From: a virus | Virus record (IMG/VR): IMGVR_UViG_3300045988_159500 | Span: 1 to 36,104 of that record | Direction: 5' to 3' (one strand) | Length of the DNA: 36,104 bases | Part shown: positions 16,728 to 25,834 of the stretch, piece after piece | How the letters are laid out: each line of letters opens with the position of its first letter | Position numbering within the stretch: position 1 is the stretch's first letter | Notes under the pieces: generated by a model | Database searches by the model: none | Told to the model about the DNA's origin: nothing | What the model saw: only the letters and a program-made list of their open reading frames with translations | Translations under genes and position numbers: made by a program

Positions 16728-16801
16728 AGTGGGATAGTGTAATGGTAACATATTGGTTTCAGATGCCAAAGTAAAAGGTTCAATTCCTTTTCCCACAACC
16801 A
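16728..16801 (+). tRNA. tRNA-like gene, anticodon CAG (Leu codon CUG) with a short variable loop; atypical
   Basis: Manual fold: 6-bp acceptor stem plus an A1-A72 mismatch. D-arm GTGT/ACAT with loop AATGGTA (G18 G19). Anticodon stem TTGGT/GCCAA with loop TTCAGAT. 4-nt variable loop. T-arm AAAGG/CCTTT with loop TTCAATT. Discriminator A, then an encoded CCA. Confidence 0.45.
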
Positions 16802-16823
16802 AATATATGAAAGGAGTGAAAAT

Positions 16824-16988
16824 ATGGTAGAAGTAGAAGTATTAATTCCAAACTTTAAAGATAAAGAAAACAAACAATTAGGATTATTACAACCAGGTTA
16901 TAAATACTCTATATCTAAAGAAAGATATGTTGAATTATCAAAAAAAGGAATAGTGAAGATGTTCAAAAAAGAAAAAGATGAGAAATAG
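16824..16988 (+). CDS. Small hypothetical protein (54 aa)
   Basis: Strong AAAGGAGTGAAA RBS. Not in the ORF track. Confidence 0.45.
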   Translation: MVEVEVLIPNFKDKENKQLGLLQPGYKYSISKERYVELSKKGIVKMFKKEKDEK

Positions 16989-17002
16989 GAAGGTGATAGA
17001 TT

Positions 17003-17215
17003 ATGAATTTAAATAAATTTATAAATATATCACTTTTAAAATTATCAAAAAAATATAAAATTACAATAGTTGAGATAACGGTTGCAAAAGAAGAAAAAAT
17101 AAGTAGAACATATTCAGTTAGTTATTATGAGTTGGAAGACGCTGAGCAAGAAACAATAAAAGAAACATTTTATAACAAAAGAAGTTTGGCAAGGTGGTTA
17201 ATGTGTCTAAAGTAA
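17003..17215 (+). CDS. Hypothetical protein
   Basis: 70 aa with a GGAAGGTGA RBS. Confidence 0.4.
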   Translation: MNLNKFINISLLKLSKKYKITIVEITVAKEEKISRTYSVSYYELEDAEQETIKETFYNKRSLARWLMCLK

Positions 17216-17628
17216 GAAAGATAAAATTAACTGATAAACAAAAGAAACAAATAATTGCTGATTATGTAGACTGTAATAATTATTCGGAAGTTGCAAGAAA
17301 ACACAAGATATCTGATACAACAGTTAGAAAATTAGTTAAGTCAGATGAGGACTGTTTGAAAAAACTTGAACAAAAAAAAGAAGAAAATACTCAAGATGTA
17401 CTTGAATATATGGATTCACTCAAAGAAAGAAAAAAGTTAATTGTTGATAAATTATTAAAAGCAATAGAAGAAAAAGCAGAAAATTTGGATAGTTTTACTA
17501 ACATTAAGGATGTTGCTAGTGCATATGGAATAATCATAGATAAAGAATTAAAAATAAAAGAATTAAGAAAACAAAATAGTTCTGATGATACTGGAGTAAC
17601 AATTATAAATGATTTGCCAAAAGAATAA
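17194..17628 (+). CDS. terS: Terminase small subunit
   Basis: 144 aa. N-terminal HTH (NYSEVARKHKISDTTVRKLV). Directly upstream of and overlapping terL. Confidence 0.55.
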   Translation: MVNVSKVRKIKLTDKQKKQIIADYVDCNNYSEVARKHKISDTTVRKLVKSDEDCLKKLEQKKEENTQDVLEYMDSLKERKKLIVDKLLKAIEEKAENLDSFTNIKDVASAYGIIIDKELKIKELRKQNSSDDTGVTIINDLPKE

Positions 17629-18964
17629 CATTGTTAAGATAAGAGATTTGATAATTCCAAAGTATTGGCAAAATTTCAACGATATAAAACATACTCATCA
17701 AATATATACCAGTGGTCGTGCTGGAACGAAGTCATCTCGTGGTGGCATAAGAGAAATATACAGAATAATACAAAATAAACCCGGCTCTGTAGTTGTTATG
17801 CGTAAATTTCATAATAAGTTGAAGAAAACAGTATTTAACGAGTGTAAAAGAGCAATCAAGAGATTAAAATTGCCTTTAAAGAATTTCAAAATAACAGTAA
17901 GCCCTATGCAAATCACATACTTGCCAACTGGTAATACTATTTATTTTACAGGTAATGATAGTATAGATGATACAAAAGGTATGATAGATGAAGACAAACC
18001 TATTGTTTTAGTTGTACTGGATGAATTAACTGAGTTTTTTGATAAAGGTGATGGTGAGGATGAACTGCAAAATATAGAAGCAACATTTATTCGTGGTAAT
18101 GATGAAGAGTTTGTGATGGAATATTATTTTAATCCCCCTAAAAATCCAAAAGCGCCTATTATGGAGTGGCTCAACAAGATGAAGTTAAGGGAAGATTGTA
18201 TACATGTACACACTGATTATAGAGATGTCCCAGAAGAATGGCTAGGAAAAAAATTAATTGAATCTGCAAGAATATTAGAAAAACTAGATCCTAAAATGTA
18301 TAAATGGTTATGGTTAGGTTTATGCATTGGAATAGATGAATTAATTTATTATATGTTTAGTGAGGAAAAACATATTAAAGAGTGTACTGAAGATAATTTC
18401 AAAAATATGAAAAATTTGTTTATTGGTGTTGACTATGGACAAATGAATGCAACAACATATCAGGCATTTGGTATTGATTATAAGGACAAATGCATACGAG
18501 GTGTTGATGAATATTATTATTCAGGTAGAGATACAGGAAAACAAAGGTCACCAAGCGAATATGCACAAGATTTTAAATCGTTTAAAGAGAAAATTGAAAA
18601 AGAGAGTGGTTTAAAAGTCTTATATGTATTCATAGACCCATCTGCAAAAGGACTACAAGAGGAAATAAGAAGAATATGTCCTGATGTGATTATTAAGGAT
18701 GCAAAAAACGATGTTGCTCTTGGAATATCAAGGGTACAAAAAATGCTCTCTTATATGAGAGTTTTTATTTCGCCTAAACAAGAACATTTAACACAAGAAA
18801 TGTTTATGTATAGTTATGATAAAGATTTGCTAGATAAAGGAAAAGAAGTACCTGTAAAACAAAATGACCATTGTGAAGATGCATTTAGATATTTAATAAT
18901 GGGAATTTGGAAATTTATTAAAATTATACTTCCAATGATTGAAGGTGATAAAGATGATGAATAA
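17609..18964 (+). CDS. terL: Terminase large subunit
   Basis: 451 aa. Walker A-like GRAGTKSS and Walker B LVVLDELTEF. C-terminal nuclease-region acidic residues (GVDYGQ ... DHCEDAFRY). Confidence 0.85.
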   Translation: MICQKNNIVKIRDLIIPKYWQNFNDIKHTHQIYTSGRAGTKSSRGGIREIYRIIQNKPGSVVVMRKFHNKLKKTVFNECKRAIKRLKLPLKNFKITVSPMQITYLPTGNTIYFTGNDSIDDTKGMIDEDKPIVLVVLDELTEFFDKGDGEDELQNIEATFIRGNDEEFVMEYYFNPPKNPKAPIMEWLNKMKLREDCIHVHTDYRDVPEEWLGKKLIESARILEKLDPKMYKWLWLGLCIGIDELIYYMFSEEKHIKECTEDNFKNMKNLFIGVDYGQMNATTYQAFGIDYKDKCIRGVDEYYYSGRDTGKQRSPSEYAQDFKSFKEKIEKESGLKVLYVFIDPSAKGLQEEIRRICPDVIIKDAKNDVALGISRVQKMLSYMRVFISPKQEHLTQEMFMYSYDKDLLDKGKEVPVKQNDHCEDAFRYLIMGIWKFIKIILPMIEGDKDDE

Positions 18965-20363
18965 AATAATAGATAAAATAAAAGGATGGTGGAATAAAAT
19001 GTTTGATTATAACAAAATTGCTAAAGATTTTGATTTAGATATAGATACATCAAGAGATATATTAGATGCATTTCAAAAGTTTTCTAATATATATAACGGG
19101 CATGAACCTTGGATAGATGATAATACTAAATCATTACATGTTGCCAAAACAGCTTGCGAAAAGGTTGCAAAAGCAGTTACTATCGAATATAAAAGTTTAT
19201 GTAGCGAACCATACATAAATAAAATATATCAAAAATTTCTGAGAAATAAGAGAAGAAATACTGAGTATATGGTAGGAAAGTCATGTATATTTTTTAAACC
19301 TTACTATTCTAACGGAAATATAAAAATAAGTGTTATTCAAGCAGATAAGTTTATTCCGATCAAATTTGATGATGATGGAAACTTATTAGGATTAATAACA
19401 ATTGATCAACTAACGAGAGGTAATGACATTTACACAAGATTAGAGTATCAAGAGATAAAAGATAATAAAGTAATCATAAAAAACATTGGTTATGTTGGTA
19501 GAAAAGATGGCGTTGTTTTACAAAAAAGAATTGAATTGAGCGCCGTTGATAAGTGGAAAGATATTGAACCGGTTGTAAATATAGAGGGCGTAGATAGAAT
19601 TATTGGAGGATTTGCTAGTATGAAGAATACTAACACAATAGATAATTCTTTTCCTTGCGGTGTTCCGCTTTGGTATGGTGCTATTGAAACACTTGAAGAA
19701 ATTGATAAACAATTTTCTAGAACATTGTGGGAATATGAAGGTACTGAATTAGCAATTGATGTAGATGTGTCATTATTAGCTAGTGTAGACAATGGTAATG
19801 CCAAAATGCCTGAACGTAAGAAAAGATTGTTTAGAAAATTAAACTTTGATGAAACAAAAGATAAAACGTACAATATATTTAGCCCAGAAATAAGAGAAAG
19901 TTCACTATTTAATGGATTAAATGAATATTTGAGGCAAGCAGAAAGCCAAATGAATATTGCCTTTGGTACATTATCAAAATTAAATGACATTGCTAAGACT
20001 GCTACTGAAATAAAGTCTTCTAAACAAGAATACTATGTTACAGTATCAGATATACAAGATTCAATGCAACAGGCATTTGATGATTTAATTTATGGTATTT
20101 ATGTTTTATGTAAATTATATGGTATTCCTGTAAAAAATGATTATTTTGTTGAACATGACTGGGATGATAGTATTTTAGTAGATAAGGAAAGTGCTAGAAA
20201 TCAGGCATTAATCGAGAGAAATAATGATATTACAAGTGATGTTCAATACGTGATGGATACAAAGAATATGAAAGAAAAAGAAGCTATTGAGTATGTAAAA
20301 AGGCAACAAAAATATAGAGAACTTACTAAAGTAGAAGAAAAGAAGGATCCTGAAGAAGAATAA
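18954..20363 (+). CDS. Portal protein
   Basis: About 470 aa immediately after terL. The ATGATG start at 18954 has a GAAGGTGA RBS. Size and position are typical of SPP1-type portals. Confidence 0.65.
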   Translation: MMNKIIDKIKGWWNKMFDYNKIAKDFDLDIDTSRDILDAFQKFSNIYNGHEPWIDDNTKSLHVAKTACEKVAKAVTIEYKSLCSEPYINKIYQKFLRNKRRNTEYMVGKSCIFFKPYYSNGNIKISVIQADKFIPIKFDDDGNLLGLITIDQLTRGNDIYTRLEYQEIKDNKVIIKNIGYVGRKDGVVLQKRIELSAVDKWKDIEPVVNIEGVDRIIGGFASMKNTNTIDNSFPCGVPLWYGAIETLEEIDKQFSRTLWEYEGTELAIDVDVSLLASVDNGNAKMPERKKRLFRKLNFDETKDKTYNIFSPEIRESSLFNGLNEYLRQAESQMNIAFGTLSKLNDIAKTATEIKSSKQEYYVTVSDIQDSMQQAFDDLIYGIYVLCKLYGIPVKNDYFVEHDWDDSILVDKESARNQALIERNNDITSDVQYVMDTKNMKEKEAIEYVKRQQKYRELTKVEEKKDPEEE

Positions 20364-21952
20364 TGAAGAAATATGATTTTGATAAATTATTAAAACCATT
20401 AATTCAAATATACGATGAAATAGAACTTGATATCATAAAAAACATTTTAAATAAACTTGGTAAATATAGTAAAGTACAAGGTTCTTTAGAGTGGTATTTA
20501 GAAAAACTTACTGAATTAAAAGCACTTGAGAAAGAAAATTTAAAAGTAATATTGAAAGATAAAGATGCTATTCAGAAAGAACTTGAAAAGATTATAGAAA
20601 ATGTTGAATTTAAAATTGATAATCTTGATAAGTTAAAATCTTATTATGATAAAGGTTTAATTGAAGTAAACCCAATGGATTTGTATAATAGTTCTTCAAT
20701 CAAATCATTAATGTCAGAAGCATTAAATGATTGTACAACTATTATGGATTTAATTAATACAAAAGCAATAGAGGGTTCTAATATGGCATATAGAAACATC
20801 ATTAATAAAGCATATGTCGAAACTGCAAGTGGTATATATACATATAGTGAAAGTATAAGAAATGCCTTAAAAGAGTTTGCTGTACAAGGGATAAAGACAG
20901 TTAATTATGAAAATGGTTTGACCTTATCAATAGAATCAGCAATAAGAAGAGATGTTGTTACAAGAGTTAATAAATTAGTTGGAGATAAAGAAATTCAAGT
21001 GGCAAAAGAACTTAAAACAAATTTAATGTATGTTGACCAACACTTGGGTGCGAGAGTAAGAACAAAATACATGAAAAATGACTATGAAGCGCATGCAGAG
21101 TGGCAAGGAAAAAAATATATGATAGAAGGTTCTAGCAAAGAATACCCGAATTTATATGAAAAAACGGGCTATGGCGAGATGTTAGGACTTAAAGGTATAA
21201 ATTGTTATCACCATATGCAACCAACCTGGGAGTGGGAAAAAATCCCCAATAGAATAGATGAAATAGAAAATAAAGAAAAATATGAGTTGTTGCAAAAGCA
21301 AAGAAGTTATGAAAGAAAAATGAGAACATTAAAAAGAGAAAGATTAATTGCAAAAGAAACTGATGACAAAGAAAATGTAACAAAGATAAATAAAAAAATA
21401 AAATCTACTAGTGAGGATTTTAATAAATGGTTAGAAGATAATAATCTTACAAGAGATTATAATCGGGAGTATATTGAGAAAAATTATAATTGGATTAATA
21501 ATATAACAAAAGATGAAAAGTACGCATTAAATACATATATCAGTTCTGATTCATACATGATAAATGATGCCTTAAGAAACGATTATCCACTAGATAATAG
21601 ATTAAGCAGTATTGTTAAAAATATAGATAGTGTATTAGATAAAATTCCAAATACTAAAGGTATATTTAATCGTTCTTTGTTTTTTGATAATGAAGATAAT
21701 TATAATGAATTTATTAAATCCTTATCTAGCCCTAATGGAAAGGTTAAATTCAAATCTTTTATTTCTATGTCTAAGGATATTTATGATGAAAAGGATAACG
21801 TTAGACTTATAATGAGGTGTAAAACTGCTAAGGATATAAGTATGATAAATAAAAATGAGCAAGAATTATTACTTAAAAGAAATACAGGTTTTAAAATATT
21901 GAAAAAATATTATGTGAATGGTAAACTATTCGTAGATATGGAGGAATTATAA
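20363..21952 (+). CDS. Head morphogenesis protein (Mu F / SPP1 gp7-like) fused to a C-terminal C3-like mono-ADP-ribosyltransferase domain
   Basis: Position after the portal. The C-terminus aligns motif by motif with the C3 exoenzyme: EKYALNTYISSDSYMINDALR matches EKEAIVSYTKSASEINGKLR. NRS gives the catalytic Arg. FISMSKD is the STS motif. EQELLL is the Q/ExE ARTT motif. Confidence 0.7.
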   Translation: MKKYDFDKLLKPLIQIYDEIELDIIKNILNKLGKYSKVQGSLEWYLEKLTELKALEKENLKVILKDKDAIQKELEKIIENVEFKIDNLDKLKSYYDKGLIEVNPMDLYNSSSIKSLMSEALNDCTTIMDLINTKAIEGSNMAYRNIINKAYVETASGIYTYSESIRNALKEFAVQGIKTVNYENGLTLSIESAIRRDVVTRVNKLVGDKEIQVAKELKTNLMYVDQHLGARVRTKYMKNDYEAHAEWQGKKYMIEGSSKEYPNLYEKTGYGEMLGLKGINCYHHMQPTWEWEKIPNRIDEIENKEKYELLQKQRSYERKMRTLKRERLIAKETDDKENVTKINKKIKSTSEDFNKWLEDNNLTRDYNREYIEKNYNWINNITKDEKYALNTYISSDSYMINDALRNDYPLDNRLSSIVKNIDSVLDKIPNTKGIFNRSLFFDNEDNYNEFIKSLSSPNGKVKFKSFISMSKDIYDEKDNVRLIMRCKTAKDISMINKNEQELLLKRNTGFKILKKYYVNGKLFVDMEEL

Positions 21953-22152
21953 TGAAATTTAATGGTATTCCGAAAGGAAAAGAAAAAAACAGATTATATG
22001 AACCTGTTGTTATGGAAATGATGGAACCTCTTACAGGAGTATTAAAAGAACTTGTAGAAGAAGCAGAAGAACAATTTGCAAAAGGTGAAATAAATTCAAT
22101 AGATTATGAAGAATTAAGAAAAAAAGCAAAAGAAATAGAAAGTAGCACTTAG
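21952..22152 (+). CDS. Hypothetical small acidic protein
   Basis: 66 aa, ATGA-coupled. Followed by two terminators. Confidence 0.4.
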   Translation: MKFNGIPKGKEKNRLYEPVVMEMMEPLTGVLKELVEEAEEQFAKGEINSIDYEELRKKAKEIESST

Positions 22153-22168
22153 AAATAGAGTGCTTTTT
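22144..22168 (+). terminator. Rho-independent terminator (AGCACT/AGTGCT stem + T4)
   Basis: Read directly from the sequence. Confidence 0.45.
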
Positions 22169-22215
22169 ATATGCCTTAATAGTTTAAGTAGGTGCAATTC
22201 CTACAAAGGCACTTT

Positions 22216-22238
22216 AAGTCGACTATGTCGGCTTTTTT
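22216..22238 (+). terminator. Rho-independent terminator (8-bp stem AAGTCGAC/GTCGGCTT, loop TAT, T6)
   Basis: Read directly from the sequence. Confidence 0.55.
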
Positions 22239-22323
22239 CGTGTGTCATAGCAACGATAAGACTAGAAAATATTTTAATTCACACATGGACGTGACCATGT
22301 AAAAAATACGAAGGAGGAAAAAT

Positions 22324-22863
22324 ATGAAACGTGAATTTTTAGAAGGATTAGAACTTGATAAGGAAACCATTGATACTATAATGGCTGAGTATGGTAAAAC
22401 CACTCAAGGACTTAGAGAGGAAAGAGATAATCTAAAAACACAAGTTGAAGATGCTAACAAAGAAATTCAATCTTATAAAGATATGGATATTGATAGTATC
22501 AAAAAATCTGCAGATGATTGGAAAACAAAATATGAAGAAATGGAAGCCAATCAAAAAGCAGAAAAAGAAAAGAGTATTAGAAATGAAAGAACTAATGCTT
22601 TTTTTAATGACATTAAATTTGCAAGTGAAAGTGCAAAGGCAGGAGTAATAGCACAATTTAATGAAAAAGACTTTAAGTACGATGAAGAAACTAAGAAATT
22701 TTTAGGTGCTAATGAGTGGCTTAAAGACTTAAAAGAAAAGGATAGTGGTGCTTTCCTTAGCGATGTTGCAAATCCTAAATTTACAACTAGCCCAACAGCG
22801 CCAACAAATGATAGTTCTCTAGACAAAATTTTACATGCTATGGGACTAGATGAAAAAAAATAA
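22324..22863 (+). CDS. Scaffolding protein
   Basis: 179 aa, charged and coiled-coil. Immediately upstream of the major capsid gene. GAAGGAGGAAAAA RBS. Confidence 0.5.
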   Translation: MKREFLEGLELDKETIDTIMAEYGKTTQGLREERDNLKTQVEDANKEIQSYKDMDIDSIKKSADDWKTKYEEMEANQKAEKEKSIRNERTNAFFNDIKFASESAKAGVIAQFNEKDFKYDEETKKFLGANEWLKDLKEKDSGAFLSDVANPKFTTSPTAPTNDSSLDKILHAMGLDEKK

Positions 22864-22881
22864 AAATTGGAGGAATAAAAA

Positions 22882-23895
22882 ATGAATAGTATTGAATTAT
22901 TTAAAAAAAATGCCCCAGAACTTTTAGATAAAGTTTATAAGGCAGCAAGCACAACATCAGATTTTGATATAAATGGTGATTTAGTCAAAGCTGGTGCAAA
23001 TGCTAATGAAATTATTGTACCTAAATTAGAAATGGATGGTTTAGGTGATTACGACCGCAATAGTGGTTATTTAGATGGAGATGTTACTCTAACTAATGAA
23101 ACAGTTAAATATAATTATGAACGTGGTAGAAAGTTAAAAACTGACACTATTGATAATGAGGAAACAGGCGGAGTTATCATGGCTAATATGTCAAGCGAGT
23201 TCTTAAGAACAAAAGTTGTTCCTGAGGTGGATGCAGTTAGATATGCAACATATGCTGCATTAGATGACATTACAGATGTTGCTGTAAATGGTGTTGAATA
23301 TAAAACAGGTGATGAGGTTTTAAAGGCACTAGAAGATGCAATGACACAATTAGATAATGATGAGGTTCCTGAAGAAGGAAGATATCTAAGAATTAGTCCA
23401 ACATTATTATCTATGGCAGAGTTTGTATCAAGAACAACAAATAATGATATTTTAAAGAAGTTCGCTCAAGTAAAGAAAGTACCACAAAGTAGATTTTTAA
23501 CAAAAATTGAGTTAAGAAGTGGTAAGGATTTAGATGGCGAAAGAATTGGTGGTTACAAGAAAGTTGCTGATACTTTTGAAAAAACTGCTGATACATCACT
23601 TACAACTGGTAAAACTTACTATACAAAATCTGGTGATACTTATACAAAAGTTGAAACTCCTAATGTTTCTAACATAGGAAATTACTATGAAATGACTAAA
23701 ATTGGAAGCAGAGATATTAACTTTATGATTATTCACAAGCCAGCAATGTTACAATACACAAAACATGCTAAAATGAAAATCTTTACTCCAGAATCTGATG
23801 ATAATGGAGATTTCTATAGAATGTTATATAGAATTTATGGATTAAATGATGCATATGAAAACAAACGTGCTGGAATAGCAGTATCTCATAAGTAG
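22882..23895 (+). CDS. Major capsid protein
   Basis: 337 aa. Position after the scaffold. Strong GGAGGAATAAAAA RBS. Size typical of siphovirus MCPs. Confidence 0.65.
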   Translation: MNSIELFKKNAPELLDKVYKAASTTSDFDINGDLVKAGANANEIIVPKLEMDGLGDYDRNSGYLDGDVTLTNETVKYNYERGRKLKTDTIDNEETGGVIMANMSSEFLRTKVVPEVDAVRYATYAALDDITDVAVNGVEYKTGDEVLKALEDAMTQLDNDEVPEEGRYLRISPTLLSMAEFVSRTTNNDILKKFAQVKKVPQSRFLTKIELRSGKDLDGERIGGYKKVADTFEKTADTSLTTGKTYYTKSGDTYTKVETPNVSNIGNYYEMTKIGSRDINFMIIHKPAMLQYTKHAKMKIFTPESDDNGDFYRMLYRIYGLNDAYENKRAGIAVSHK

Positions 23896-23903
23896 GTGAA
23901 AAT

Positions 23904-24143
23904 ATGGGAAAAATCATAGGAAACAAAAAAATGCCTGTAATTTCATATTCACAAGAAGAGGTGAAGGAAATTACAAACGAATTAAATGCAAAGATAGTTG
24001 AACTAACTGAAACAAATGTTAAATTATCTGAGGAAAGAGATATATTAACTGAAACAAATGTTGAATTAAATGCAAAGATAGTTGAACTAACTGAAGCACT
24101 TGAAAAGAAAAATAAAAAAGATTCTGATAAAGAATCTAAGTAG
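23904..24143 (+). CDS. Hypothetical coiled-coil protein with internal sequence repeat
   Basis: 79 aa. ELNAKIVELTE and TETNV are duplicated within the peptide. Confidence 0.45.
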   Translation: MGKIIGNKKMPVISYSQEEVKEITNELNAKIVELTETNVKLSEERDILTETNVELNAKIVELTEALEKKNKKDSDKESK

Positions 24144-24155
24144 GAGGTGTAAGGT

Positions 24156-24551
24156 ATGCTAACTAAATTAATAGATTATAATTATTATTCTAAAGTATAT
24201 GGAGGTTCTAGCATACCTGAATCTTCATTTGATAAATATTCTACAAAATCAAGTTCACAAATCAATTTATTCACTTCTAATAGAATTACTGATGATAATA
24301 TAACTGAAAGTATTAAAAATGCAGTATGTGAAGTTGCCGAGTTGATATATAATCAAGAAATGCTTGTTAATAAAATAGAAGATGATTCCAAAGAAGTAGC
24401 AAGTGAAACTGTAGGACCTCATTCTAAATCATATGTTAACAAATCAAATCTTAAATCTCAAAGAATATTAACAAAAGAAGAGTTAAACAAAGAGTGTTAT
24501 CGTATATGTTATACATATATATCGAATACTGGCTTAATGTTTAGAGGTTAA
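24156..24551 (+). CDS. Head-tail connector/adaptor protein (by position)
   Basis: 131 aa, in the first slot after the capsid. GGAGGTGTAAGG RBS. Confidence 0.4.
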   Translation: MLTKLIDYNYYSKVYGGSSIPESSFDKYSTKSSSQINLFTSNRITDDNITESIKNAVCEVAELIYNQEMLVNKIEDDSKEVASETVGPHSKSYVNKSNLKSQRILTKEELNKECYRICYTYISNTGLMFRG

Positions 24552-24552
24552 T

Positions 24553-24930
24553 ATGTTTCCACATACAATTACTATATTTAATCTTGTAAACGATATATAT
24601 AATAGAAAAGTTGTACATAATGTATTTTCACATACTGATAAAATAATTTCACAAGAGGGAAAAGGTGAAAAATATACTTCTGCACATAGAGTTATTTTTT
24701 CGGAAAATGCATTAAATGATTACTTAACTATTGACGAGTATAATAAATTAAGCGATAAAACTAATAATTTTACTCTAAAAAACAATGATTTAATTGTCAT
24801 AGGTGAATTTAAAGAAATAAAAGAATTAGTAGATGTAACCAAAACAAATGTTGATTATTTTTTAATTAAAACTATTTCAGACAACCGATATGGGTCTTTA
24901 GATTTACAAAACATAGAGGTAACAGATTGA
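24553..24930 (+). CDS. Head-tail joining protein (by position)
   Basis: 125 aa in a tightly packed operon. Confidence 0.4.
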   Translation: MFPHTITIFNLVNDIYNRKVVHNVFSHTDKIISQEGKGEKYTSAHRVIFSENALNDYLTIDEYNKLSDKTNNFTLKNNDLIVIGEFKEIKELVDVTKTNVDYFLIKTISDNRYGSLDLQNIEVTD

Positions 24931-25376
24931 TTATTAAGGCGAAATTGGATTTGCCAATTGATGATTTAATAAAGTCATTAGGATTAAACGAAAGAGGAAG
25001 AGTACAAAAGTATATTGATAGTTTTGTATTAAATCACTCAAAGCCATATGAACCTGGAAAACATATTCATGATTCCGGTAAAATTGCCACTGACATAGGA
25101 AGCGGTAAAGTTATATGGAACAGTCCTGATGCAAATTATCTTTATGAAGGCAAATTAATGGTTGACCCAAAAACACAAAAAGGTGCTTTTTTTTCGCCTG
25201 ATTATGGTTACTGGAGTAGACCTAATACTGCCAAGATAATGGACCCAAATGATAGAGATTTAATCTATCATGGAGGCGGATTAAAAGGTTCACATTGGTT
25301 TGATAGGATGATAAATGCAGAAATGGAAGATTTATTAAAAGGTATTTCAAAAACAATAGGTGGTGATAAGTTGTGA
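24927..25376 (+). CDS. Head-tail joining / tail completion protein (by position)
   Basis: 149 aa, overlap-coupled. Confidence 0.4.
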   Translation: MIIKAKLDLPIDDLIKSLGLNERGRVQKYIDSFVLNHSKPYEPGKHIHDSGKIATDIGSGKVIWNSPDANYLYEGKLMVDPKTQKGAFFSPDYGYWSRPNTAKIMDPNDRDLIYHGGGLKGSHWFDRMINAEMEDLLKGISKTIGGDKL

Positions 25377-25831
25377 GTAAGAATAAAGCAATAATTGATT
25401 GTATAAAAGAATATTTTAAAACATGCCCACATTTAAGTGAACTCGCAAAAATTAATGTTGATTACTTAAATATTGAATCTAAAGACTGTGAGTATTGGTC
25501 AATAGAACAAGAAGAGGCACCTATAATACTAGGAAAAAATGTACTAGGTACGAAAACGCATAGACAATGTCAATTTTTGATTGCAAGTCGTGCTTTTTTT
25601 AACCCTTTGAAAGATACTCAAAATATTGAAAATTTGCATTTGTTTGAAAAAATTGCTGAGTGGGTATATCAAAACAATAAAAAAAAAATATATCCTGAAT
25701 TGAACGATAATGAGATACCAACATCATTAGAAGTAATTACAGGAGGTTTTTTATATGGAACTGATAGAACTAACACAATAGCAAGATATCAAATGAATTG
25801 TAAATTATTATATGACAAGGAGGAAAGATAG
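25373..25831 (+). CDS. Tail completion protein (by position)
   Basis: 152 aa, overlap-coupled. Confidence 0.4.
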   Translation: MSKNKAIIDCIKEYFKTCPHLSELAKINVDYLNIESKDCEYWSIEQEEAPIILGKNVLGTKTHRQCQFLIASRAFFNPLKDTQNIENLHLFEKIAEWVYQNNKKKIYPELNDNEIPTSLEVITGGFLYGTDRTNTIARYQMNCKLLYDKEER

Positions 25832-25834
25832 TAT

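Noticed and set aside
19490-19990. Long minus-strand ORFs (19490-19990, 28334-29386, 26409-26852, 22551-22826, 31641-32012 and others) antisense to structural genes
   Set aside because: They have low-complexity Leu/Ser/Phe-rich translations typical of antisense frames of AT-rich coding DNA. They have no RBS and lie fully inside well-supported plus-strand genes.
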